DNA of 61,674 bases, the filler included, from Sphacelaria rigidula (Eukaryota): assembly GCA_964200075.2 (NCBI GenBank). It is 11 parts of 11 records of this genome, joined end to end, with 100 filler letters (N's around TTAATTAATTAA, not from the genome) between each part and the next. Parts side by side here need not be neighbours in the genome. Positions count along the whole stretch, not along the records: positions 50,545 to 56,059 come from CAXNAA020026700.1; positions 56,160 to 61,674 come from CAXNAA020026701.1; 9 more parts are not named here. One strand, written 5' to 3'. Position numbers and translations under genes: made by a program. Positions 51,370-61,674 of the stretch are shown here, piece after piece. The notes below the pieces were generated by a model. That model had not been told where the DNA came from. It was given only the letters and a program-made list of their open reading frames with translations, and did not search any database. Every line of letters begins with the position of its first letter. The first letter of the stretch is position 1.

Positions 51370-51470
51370 GATCGATCGCAAGCCTAGTCCGGCGAAAAGC
51401 CGGCGTGCTCCGATGCCAGCCAGGTCACTGTTCATATGACTGCGGTGTGCAAGATCATGAGTACATGAAA
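51370..51470 (-). mobile_element. Family B fragment, intronic
   Basis: gcctagtccggcgaaaagccggcgtgctccg...tgcaagatcatgagtac. Confidence 0.7.
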
Positions 51471-51807
51471 ACACCACCCGCCCCGCCCCCGTCCCCCCGT
51501 GTCAAATATTCTATAGATCCATGTTGCCAAGCTCAAAATATCAGCGTAGAGACGTCAAGCCTTAAACGCCTGAACCTTGCAGTACTGGTTGCCGCTGAAT
51601 TTCCGAGCATCAGTGCCCCGGCTGTATTCCAATGTTCTCCCTCTTTTGTTGTCGTGTTTTTCCCGCTGAGTGCCTGTTCCCTCTTGTGTTCGCCGTTTCG
51701 CTGATTCTTATTTGTTCCCGATGCATGGATCACCACATCATATCCTCGTTGGATCACCATGTCGTCATCACCATGTCGTCATCACCATCTACATGATCAT
51801 ATCACAG

Positions 51808-51912
51808 CTCAAGATTGCGGATTTCGGATGGTCTGTGCACGCCCCGTCCAACCGTCGCCAGACCTTTTGCGGTACCCTCGACTACCTACCCCCAGAGATG
51901 GTGGAGGGCAAG
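51808..51912 (+). CDS. AURK: Aurora kinase exon (DFG and activation loop)
   Basis: [35 protein letters not shown] contains the Aurora signature DFGWSVH...[15 protein letters not shown]. Confidence 0.96.
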
Positions 51913-52024
51913 GTCAGATGTCGATTGGAAATGCGTATTTTATCTTCGTTAATGGCGTACAGGTATCGGAACGCCATGTTAAGGGCTGGATAGATCTTTG
52001 GTACATCTGTCTGGCAGAGTACCA

Positions 52025-52340
52025 CCCGGCCCCACTGATCTAGCCGGCGCGTTATAAATTAAATCGGTTGCAGCGGAGGACGAAGAGTCCGCATCCCGGC
52101 AAAAAATGTGAGTCTCTTTGTGGAAATTATCTGTTTGTTTCCCGTCTTTTGAAACGAGAGGGCAAAAAAGGCAGCATAAATTGAGTAGCCTAGTAAACAA
52201 ACATTATCGGAGGAGAGTCGATGCGGTGCCGTGTGCTGGTCATGATCCAGTCCTCCATACCAAAATGTAAAACGTGTACCAGGAGGGAGATTGGTCGGTT
52301 TCTCCGGACGACGGACTCGTCCCGAAGAAGGGACGGGGGT
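52025..52340 (+). mobile_element. Degenerate SINE copy, intronic
   Basis: gagagtcgatgcggtg...tgctggtcatgatcca and gactcgtcc shared with 44590-44720. Confidence 0.55.
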
Positions 52341-52562
52341 TCAAGACATCAAGGAAAGAGATGTGTACAGTATGTCCGTTTGGATCGTCTCTAGGTCAAA
52401 CGCTCTCGTTAATTCTCAGCGATATGTTTGAAGAGGTGTTTGAAGAGGTGGCCTCTCCGTCCCCTGTCCGTGCTCCCGTTCGTCACATCTTGCCTGTAGA
52501 TGTCTCCGCTGTTGCCACGAGCGTGATCCACCACCCCTCGTCCAAATCCTTCCACGTTGCAG

Positions 52563-52700
52563 GACCACAATGAAGCCGTGGACACTTGGGCTTTGGGAGT
52601 GCTCATGTACGAACTTCTGGTGGGCAGCCCGCCCTTCAGCGCTAACGGACACAACGCCACCTACCGCCGCATCATCCATGTTGACCTGCACTTTCCGGCT
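52563..52700 (+). CDS. AURK: Aurora kinase exon (subdomains IX-X)
   Basis: [46 protein letters not shown]; gcAG acceptor, GTGAGT donor, phase 0/0. Confidence 0.93.
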
Positions 52701-53796
52701 GTGAGTATACGGTATGTTGGTTGAATGCGTGATAGATCCACTGGTCCACTCTGGATCCGGCCATGAGCACAAGATAGGAGTATCAAAGGTAAACCTTTTT
52801 TTAACAGGAAACCATTGCAAAACGAAGCTCGAGATGGCGGGGGAAAGGAGAAGGAGGGGGGGGAGGGTGAAGAAAATAAGAAGAAAGAGTGAAAAAGTGG
52901 ACATCAAGAGAACAACGGCAAGATAAGAACAACACTTGGTAGAGGCACGTGGTAGAGGCTAAGATCTAGTAGAGTGCCACCGCCTAGGGAAAATAGGCTT
53001 AGGCCCCTGCATCGCACACGAGGCACGGTTAATGCTGGAGGTCTCTCCGGCTAGTTCTGCAGAAGAGACATTCAAACACTTACACGGCTCAAAAGGGGGG
53101 AGCATGAGACAGAACAAAAAAGAAAGGAAGGGCAGGCCATGGACAAAAAGAAGGAGAGGAAACCTACAGAAAAAGTAGGGCATGGACTTTGAAAAAGATC
53201 CAGGTAGTATCCCTCATGGTGCGAACCGGAAAATAAGTAAGCAGTGGAGAGTACAAGGCGGGAATAAATTTTTTCGTGCTATCCGCCCTTCCCCGCCCAT
53301 CCCTAGTCAGGTCAGGGACACAGCGGGCCACTCTCTCGATCACACTTGAAATTCCTCGTGCGCTGTTGCTGCTGCTGCTGCTGCGTCATCGATGGCGGCT
53401 CTCGTACCGGTGGCTTTGACAGCAAAGCCTTCTGTCTGATGTACATGGATCAGATTGGCGGAGCTCGTTCTTCGCGTCGTCACGCCTTGCGGAGCCCTTC
53501 TGCTCCTTTCTCGACCGACAAGTCTCATTTTCTCATGTTCCCGCCCGGAAATGATCCACTCTTACAAGTCTTTGACTTCAATAGGGTATACAGGCATGCA
53601 CACGGTTTCGTACAGTAGTCAACTCCGCCACCCCGCGGCCTAACTCCTCGCGCAAGGAGAATTTCTGTCGTATTTTGCTCTCCGCCATTCATCGCCCATT
53701 TTTTCTCGATTTCCGGGGACGATTTCGAAGAGAAGATTCGGACAGTTATCACGACCTCGACCATTCGACCTTTTCTCTCCGAAAGTGCGACAGATT

Positions 53797-53869
53797 GTCG
53801 TTTGTAGTCGCCGGGTAGTATGCCGTTTGTAATCGCCGGGTAGATTGCCGTTTGTAATCGCCGGGTAGG
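53797..53869. repeat. 24-bp tandem repeat, 3 copies, in an Aurora intron
   Basis: gccgtttgtaatcgccgggtag(at/ta)t unit. Confidence 0.85.
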
Positions 53870-54644
53870 TCCCATAACTCGAGGGTGAGAAGCGTCCGCG
53901 GCGGTTTCTTATTCGAGGTTTAAGAGTTAGGACCTGATATTTTCGGGGAGAGGTGCGCGTCGACGATTTGAAGGACGTCATTGCGGCTAGGTTCATTAGT
54001 TTATGAGTCAGGCCCATTTGACTGAATTTGCGAAGAAGGAAATCCGTCTTCTGAATATCCAAAATGGAAGAACAGTGGTCATGGTGGCCTCCAAAGGGTC
54101 GACGCGCACCTCTAGTCAAGATATCAAGCCCATACTCTCAAACGAAGCAAAGAGTCCAAGTTGTGAAAATTCTTAACGAGTTGGGAATCCCGAACATTAT
54201 TGTGGACGTTTGCCCAAATGCTGAAATTTCGAGCGGCGACCGCTTGAGTGCCGAAGCAGGTATCGCTGTTCTCTCCTTCGCGTCAACAACGCGCATTCCG
54301 AATTTCGGGACGATCGAGCACGAGTTCAGTAACGCTATTTCTGCATCAATCGGTGCCCCAAACGCCGTCACCCAGTCGTACTGGATATGATCGCATGGTG
54401 CCGAATGCTGGAAATACCCGAACGCTCGATCAGATCGCGCGGCGCACTCCAGAGTTGCCGTACCCTAGCAGGGAATCTGTTGTTTGTGATATTTTGTTTT
54501 GCTGCTGCTCGAGCAGGTTGCACCGAAAGTACGTTTGTCCCTCCAGAGGGGGCCTGCCTGCATTTTCACCCCAACTGGATCACTCTCACTACCGTCCATG
54601 CGCTATTCGCCTCAACGTTTCCTCGTATGACTACACTCGAACAG

Positions 54645-54770
54645 CACGTTAGCCCGGACGCCCGCAATTTGATTGGTCTACTTATCCGCAAGAAGCCTCA
54701 GGACCGGCTGCCTCTGGAAAGAGTACCGCAGCAGCCATGGATTGTCAGGCTCACCACAACCAGCACCTAG
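54645..54770 (+). CDS. AURK: Aurora kinase terminal exon (subdomain XI to stop)
   Basis: HVSPDARNLIGLLIRKKPQDRLPLERVPQQPWIVRLTTTST*; aacAG acceptor, phase 0. Confidence 0.9.
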   Translation, partial: HVSPDARNLIGLLIRKKPQDRLPLERVPQQPWIVRLTTTST

Positions 54771-56059
54771 GTAGCACCCAAAAACCAACAAAGGCTCTGT
54801 TATACGGGAAGTTGGTATATTGTTGTTGCTATTGCTGACTTTCAATATTTGATTGGTCTTCTTGCAACGTGATATCCATCCTTCTTCTTGCTGTTTTTTT
54901 TCTGTTTTTTCCCTTCGAAACAAGAGCCCCGATCCATGTATTTTCCATGGGTTTGCGTCCGGTGTCTACACTTTGTTCCGACCTTTTCGAGCTTTGCAAC
55001 ACGGCGTTAGCTCAGTATCACCGTGGCAGGAACTCGCATCAAAATGAAGCTGCCGCGCTACCGTTTGGAACAAGCCAAATGGGGAATACTGCAAAATATG
55101 CGCTCAACCTGTACGGGATTTAGGCCAACACCTCTACCTCAGAGGTGTGCCACGGGAGGGGTGCACGTTTCAGGTCAAGCGTTCTCTGAGGTAGAACACT
55201 TGGGCCGAGATGTTCATCAGTGCGGCACTCGTAATGTGAAGAGCCTCACACAAACTTTGTGCACCCCTACAGTACCACCAGTCCTCAGCCCCACCGGAAT
55301 AGTCGTGTGTCGTCACGAGACGTCCGCACTACTTAGTCCGTATTGTCTCTGCAAGATGCTGATCGGGTGGGAGAGGTTTGATTAGGCAGCAGGGCTTTGT
55401 TGTGTGGTTTCGTGGTGCTGAGCTATCAAACGGTCAGTGTGGACCGTCTGATACATGTTGCTTCTCTGTGCATGTGTGTCTGTTGCAGTCTTTTCGAGAC
55501 ACGATGCACCCGAGCACACTGCTCCATAACGCTGCGCAATCGTGAGTTCGTAGTGCTTCACGTATGTACTATACCTTAGTCGTCGACGTACGATGGGGTT
55601 CAATTCAGCCCAAGTTATCGATATCTCTGTGTGCGACTAGAAGTGTGTGTCGAATAGGTGGCGTGTGAATGTAGTCTGTGTGACGTGCATGTTGATAATG
55701 GTTGAAATAAATACTAACGGCAACATATGAGCATACAGTGGTTGACGCGTGCCCAAAATATGTGCCGGCATCGTCTGTAGCTACAATCTTTTCGCTCTCA
55801 ATCAAGGTGCTGAAGTTTTATATAATATATATATATATTAATTCAGGCCCCACACGCGTTTTGTAGACTTGTCAATGAGAGTCAGTTTGCAGGGGACAGG
55901 ATATGCACGTCTATGTTCAATGAGGAGCCAGGTCTAGGGAAATGGCTGTTGTACTTTGAAAGATGATCTCCGCGCGTTCATGAAATGTGACAAGAATGGT
56001 GGGGGGGGGGGGGGGGGGGGGGGCCCCCCCTCTCCCATCCCCCTCTGTTTTGTTTAGTA

Positions 56060-56159
56060 NNNNNNNNNNNNNNNNNNNNNNNNNNNNNNNNNNNNNNNNN
56101 NNNTTAATTAATTAANNNNNNNNNNNNNNNNNNNNNNNNNNNNNNNNNNNNNNNNNNNN
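56060..56159. other. Artificial contig linker
   Basis: 44 N + TTAATTAATTAA + 44 N. Confidence 0.98.
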
Positions 56160-56210
56160 GGTCAATGGTCAAACGACTAAGGCAAGCAATAAATGAGTAC
56201 ACCCCCCCCC
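56160..56210 (+). mobile_element. Repeat family A terminus at contig start
   Basis: ggtcaatggtcaaacgactaaggcaagcaataaatgagtacaccccccccc. Confidence 0.85.
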
Positions 56211-57631
56211 GGAAGAAAACGACGGCTTCACACGACGAGGATTGATCGCAGGTCGTTTGCACGGTAAGGATGTCAGAGTAATGCTACGGTAGGGTTTCAC
56301 GTTTTGCGCAAAATCTTGTCTGGTTCAGGGGCTCATAACGATTCTAGATTGCACGAGAATATGGGTCAGGGCATCCCCGATTGCAAATTCATCCGGGATG
56401 TCTCTAGCGCAGTGAAATAGTAATCCTAGCGAACCCTCACATATTTCGTTGATGGTATTTGGGAGAAGATGCAGGGCTCCTAATATTCAAACCTCAGAAA
56501 ATATTTGTGCACCCCTACCGTAGCATCACGTCAAGAGAGCGCACTTAACTTGTGTCCGACGATAGTGAAATGGCGGCCTTGTTTGGAGCATTAACGTGTT
56601 TTGTCGGCTGAGGGATATTGCCATAATTACATCATTGGACGTGGCCGAGTCGCAATTTTTCCCTCCATTCATATTCTGTTTTATGTATAATACGTGCACG
56701 TTTTCCCTCCAGCGAGACCCCCATTTCGTTATCTCGGGGGTACGTCGACGAAATTTGAATGCTTCGAGGAAACGATTCCTACTGAAAGGGCACACCTTTG
56801 ACATCTCAGAAAGGGGAAATGATCTTGTTTGCCATTTTGATGGCCTCATTTTGAGACATCCTCTAGCCGTCTCCGAATACGGAGAAGGTGATAGGCGATT
56901 CACATATCGTTCCACACCGAAAACATTGAATTCGGTCTTTTTGAAATCTGCGATCGGTTTGATATTCGCGGCAGGGTACCGGAGTCGATAGGGAAAATAT
57001 TTTACGCGCGCGGGGGAGATACAACTAGCCGTGTGTGTTTGATTATATACAGGACAAATTGTTGTATTCCCATTGATGACGCAGCCCTCTATCGATCCAT
57101 GAAATTAGGTGATATTCGGCTATCCAAATCAGGTGATTGGCTCACAACATTAGCCTTTTCGATTCACAGCGTGCAAATTCGCTCGGACCCAAACATAGCA
57201 CAGCGAAGTGAATCAGTTCCGCCGCACGAACTTGTTCGAGTCGAAATTGTTTTGAGAAGACACGGCCCAGTGCCATCACCTCTCTTGGACTGTATCTGAA
57301 CACGACGTCTGACTTCCACGAAAACGGTTGAACCTATATTGGGGAAGAAAGGGACGATTCCTCTTCCGACAGTGGCGACGACGATGTACTAGAGACAAGA
57401 AAGGGATAATCGACCGCTCTGATGAGGGGTAAGCGTCCTCACGGATAAAGTGGGTGAACAGCTGTCAACACCTTGGCTCAGGCAAATAGCAATGTTCCAG
57501 AACGTTTGTATTTTCTCTTCATTTCACCCTGTTCACTCTCACACAATCCAATCAACTCAGTCACACAGTAATACACGCTCAATATCCCTCTCACTTCAGT
57601 ATCACTCTCACAGACTCACCACGTACACTTA

Positions 57632-57976
57632 TGTTAACCCCCAGAGCAAGGCAGGCAGTCGGCACCCAGAACCCAGAACCAAGAACCAAGCTGGACCAAG
57701 ATGAACTGACTGAGGAGGGCGGTGCTCGACCAGGATGCTTGTATAGCACACGTGAATGTACTCGCATAACTTACGTCATTATACATCATCCCTCTGATTG
57801 GTCACCTAACCCTCCGCAATTGCAACATGGTCCGTGCTATTTGTACCGCATTGTATCCTGCGTTTCTGTTGCCCATGGCAGAGCGTGAGCATAGTCGATT
57901 AAGGGAGGTGTTGAGGAGTCAGTTGAGAGCGCGCCGGACTCGGGACCGGGGCTTCCAGCAAATTCAGGGTTAAACA
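57632..57976. mobile_element. Possible solo LTR
   Basis: Bounded by TGTTAACCC ... GGGTTAAACA (TG...CA inverted ends); flanks ctta/ctaa as an imperfect TSD. Confidence 0.3.
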
Positions 57977-58069
57977 CTAAGGGGTATAGAACCACGACCG
58001 AGAAACCCTCGGCGCTTCGGCCTCATCGGGTTGATGACAGGATATTCATACAGAGTAACTCGTTGGATG

Positions 58070-61000
58070 AAAATGAAGAGGACTAGTGTGACGCATCGAA
58101 TGTACGATCAGTGTTTACCCCTGAAGGGGGTCGAAGCGTGACCAATGAAACAACGTGGGCGCTTCATGCCCCCAAGACAGATAACATGAAATGCGTAGAA
58201 AGACTCACTGTAGAAGGGGCGGTTCTTAGCATCATGAATGTTGTTGACAGAGGTGGACGAAATCGAACCGTGGAAACGTCGGTTGTCCAAGCCTCTGTTG
58301 AATCTGATAGAGATGTGCCCACTATGCCACGCCATGAGAACGAAATTTCGCAACTGCACGGTGCTGCGAATGACTTGCTTGCTGGTGGTCTAGTTGATTC
58401 ACCCTGTGATGTGAAACCATCGTGGCTGGCAGCAATGTACGGGCATCCATAGATGGAAATGACATGCTTGCTGGTGGTAGTGTTGAATCACCCTGTGATG
58501 TGAAAAACATGCTTGCCGGTAGCAATGTGCAGTCACCCACGAATACGGATGGCATGCTTGTTGGTCATGCAAATATTTGTGGTGGTGCAAAAACGATAGA
58601 AGGTACGCAGGTACCACTGTCTAGGATTTACAATGAACAAAACGGGGACGTCGAGCAAAGCAGTGAAGTATGTTCATCCCCGAGTGCACCCCAACGTGAC
58701 TCCTTGTCCCGCCTTTCCACGTCATCAGGGGTTGAGGAGGGTAGTCGAAAGTTGACTGCATCAGGTGTGATTCAACAAACTGTGATACTACACAAAACGG
58801 AGTCACAACTACGATCCATCCTGCCTGATATTGAATGTAGTGATGACAGCATGGCACGTTTGAATCAAGAACCGCGGCGATCTATCGTTTCGCAGGGGGT
58901 AAATGCTGCTTCAGTAAAAGCAGAACAAACGGATCGGGCAGATCAGGGTGTTCGCTCGGTTGGTTGTTTGTTGTTGCCCCGGAAACACTGTGAATTGTTA
59001 CCAGAACCGATGGTGGCCACACGCGCTACTGCTGTTGAGGGTATTTTCCCTTCCACGGCAGACATTAAGCCTTCGACGACCAGCGAGAAATCCCAGAAGG
59101 AGAGAACGCCGGTAGTGGGACTACCCCAGGGGTTATGATACCTCACACCACGCCCGTGGAGAAGGTCGGCTAAGCCAGCGCGGCCACCCCCGCGGAACCT
59201 TTGGTTCCTTCAACGGAAGAGGTGATTAATCAAAATAAAGAGGTAGTTAATGAGGTTGCACCCAGCGATTACTCGGCGGTCGGTCGGGATAACCTTACCT
59301 AGTGCCATGGTCGACGATGTGGTGGAAAATGTTCGCCAATTATTGGATTCGTCGTCGCGTGCGGATAGATGCCGTGTGTTGGGAATTGACGCCGATTATG
59401 GAGGTCGCCCAGTCACGACGGTTGCTGCGCCTGGAGAGGTCTATACCCCCATTCCGTCGAGTCAGACGAGGCCCAAGTTGGCTGAAAATAGAAGAAAGAA
59501 GGCACCCATCTTACGCAAACCGGCGACGGGGGCAAGTCACACAGGCGAACGCCCTCCCGTGGTAGGGTCATACTCCCCAGTCAGTGGAAGATCCCCTCCG
59601 GATTCGGACACGGAAGGTGATGAGGCTTTCGCAAAAGGGTTGTACAAAGCTGAACTCCGTGCTGCTGCGCGCAGACAACAATAGTTGAAGGTCCTCCTGC
59701 GAAAAGATGAGGCAATGGCTAGACATCTGTCCGCTTCCCAAACTAGAGAAATGGAACCCATGACCAACCTCTCAAATCCACGACAAAGTCAGTTGGTCCG
59801 GAGTGGCAGGTGGGAAAGAAACACTCCAATCATCCTCATAAAACCTATGCTCAGGCTTCAAACGCATCTCACTCCGTGTCGTCGGATGAATCTGTGTTGC
59901 CGGCCCGAATATTGCAGGCGGCCCAATTTAAATTGCTAGAAAGTGCTTCAAAGTTCAAACGGACTGAAGATGAGCTAAATGGGGTGTGAGCAGATAAAGA
60001 AGGAGTGTCAAACGAATTGGACGGAGCACTTGCCACGGTGGCCGTCCTCAATCGGAGAAAAAGGGCGATTTTGGACTCGGAGATAGAACAAGAAGCCGCA
60101 ATGATGGGGGCGAGGAAAGAACGTGAGAAAGTGATCGTTGATAACGTCGTGGGTAGTGATGGGATGTACCAAGAGGAAGATACAGAAATGCAGTATGTTG
60201 ATTCTATTGGTCAGAAAAACAATCATCGTTATGAGAAAAAGGGTAGGGATCCCCCCTTTTGCGAACCTTTCAACTCTCGTGAAGCGACAGATGCCGCGCG
60301 TCAAGCATTCGGTCCTTCCTGTTGAAATTGTGGCAGTTCGGAGCACCTTCTTGCCCGAGACTGTCCGAAGGAGTTCATACATAAGTCAGGCATTATCCAT
60401 CATGAGATCGGGGAAGACTCTTCACAAGGAGTATCTGAAAAAGAGCGACGATGGCAACACCGGCTGTGTGCTTACCATCGCAATAGAAAAAAACCGTGAA
60501 GGTGCAGCGATGAAACTTGGGCCAGCTCATCGACAGCATTTCAGCCCGTTATAAGTAATGGAGGACCTGACCCTCCAGCAACAATTGCAATATTAATGAT
60601 GTCACTGTGTTTAGTTCGCACAGTCCAACTGGCTCGTCCTTGCACGGGAAAACTACTAGCTTGACGAACGAGGGAAGTGCGTTCTCACTGGGTAAGAGTT
60701 GTGGTGCCGATGGAACACTGAAATCCAACGCAAGGACTGATCATCCGAGGGAAGGAAATTCGAAAGTTGGAAAGACATCACAATCCTGTACAGATCAGAG
60801 TGTCAACGAGTCTGTAGGCACTTTAATGCAGACGCGTGCAAGCGGGGCCTTCGCGTGGAAATCTTGTGCGAAATTTCAGTCTGGCCACCGGAAGAGTGCA
60901 TCGGGTAGGGATATTTTAGGTGAAACTAAACCGTCGAGTGCACAGGCAGGCAGCCGAGATGAATCATTTGAGCCGTCGGTTGTTGCTAGGGTTACGGATG

Positions 61001-61386
61001 GATCCGAGGCGATTGTACAGTCGCAGAGTAAAGAGCACCCAGCAGGACAAAAAGGCATCCAGGGTGAGGTAGGAGAACCGCATGATCGAGCTAACTCTCG
61101 ACGTAGCCCTCGATACCCATCTGGACCGGGGAACACATGCAAGGGACGTTCTGCAGAAGGTTCTACTGTGCGGGGCAAAACAGCCCGCATCAGCAGGCGC
61201 AATCGTACTAGTAGTTACCAGGTTGGTCTAAATGACATTACTCCCGCCGAAACAAAAGCTTCGACTGTCCACGGCACTTCTGTCAGCGGCAGCCGGGATA
61301 ACAGTAATGCTCCGGAAAGGAAAAAGAGAAATGGTCCCGCCGAGATTTCCACTGTGCTGAAGAATCGAAACATGCCGGTTCGATAA
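58070..61386 (+). mobile_element. Decayed gag-like region of an LTR retrotransposon
   Basis: Chain of broken plus-strand ORFs without obvious introns; CCHC knuckle C*NCGSSEHLLARDCP at 60320-60367; PBS-like CA-G-TGGCGACG at 57370-57380; ~45/90-bp repeats at 58365-58570. Confidence 0.55.
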
Positions 61387-61674
61387 TCAGTAGCATTGAG
61401 GTAGCTGGAAATGAAATTTCGCCGTCTACAGATTCCGATGTGCATAGCTTACCAGCTCGCGAAAAAATCGGGGCAACAGTAATATAGACCAGGAAGGATC
61501 AATCGTGGCTGATCCTACTCTCGATCTGGCAACCGTGCGCGGAAGTGGATGAGTGATGCTACGGTAAACAATGTTTCCGTGATATTGCGAGTAGATGATA
61601 CGATTGAGAGTGGCTCTGATCAATCGCTTTAAGTGAGTCATTTCCTTATTCCACGTGTGCTTTTCTTTACCTCC

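Noticed and set aside
5618..54770. Chromatin/mitosis gene cluster (H2B, Aurora kinase, MBD-like gene)
   Set aside because: The genes are on different concatenated contigs, so their proximity is meaningless.

Overview
This window is not one locus. It is 11 unrelated eukaryotic contigs of 5,515-5,517 bp, sorted by decreasing length and joined by artificial 100-bp linkers (44 N + TTAATTAATTAA + 44 N), so no synteny can be inferred across linkers. The DNA is nuclear, intron-rich and repeat-rich. A brown alga (Phaeophyceae) is my inference from the H2B sequence, the RTE LINE type, short exons in long introns and poly-G/C tracts. Recognisable genes: partial histone H2B with a 3' stem-loop, four Aurora kinase exons, two or three VPS39/TGFBRAP1-like exons, a 3.8-kb low-complexity exon preceded by an MBD-like exon, two coiled-coil exons and a head-to-head pair of first exons. 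Mobile DNA: degenerate RTE LINEs, a tRNA-headed SINE family, CACTA-like non-autonomous elements, an 82-bp minisatellite-bearing TIR element, two abundant repeats sharing a GGGGGGTACTCAT terminus, and a decayed gag region. The strongest unusual signal is a ~0.9-kb AT-rich insert (about 34097-34996) that splits a nuclear repeat copy and encodes the C-terminal palm of a T7-phage-type RNA polymerase, probably captured from a mitochondrial genome or plasmid. All calls are by eye; no database searches were run.
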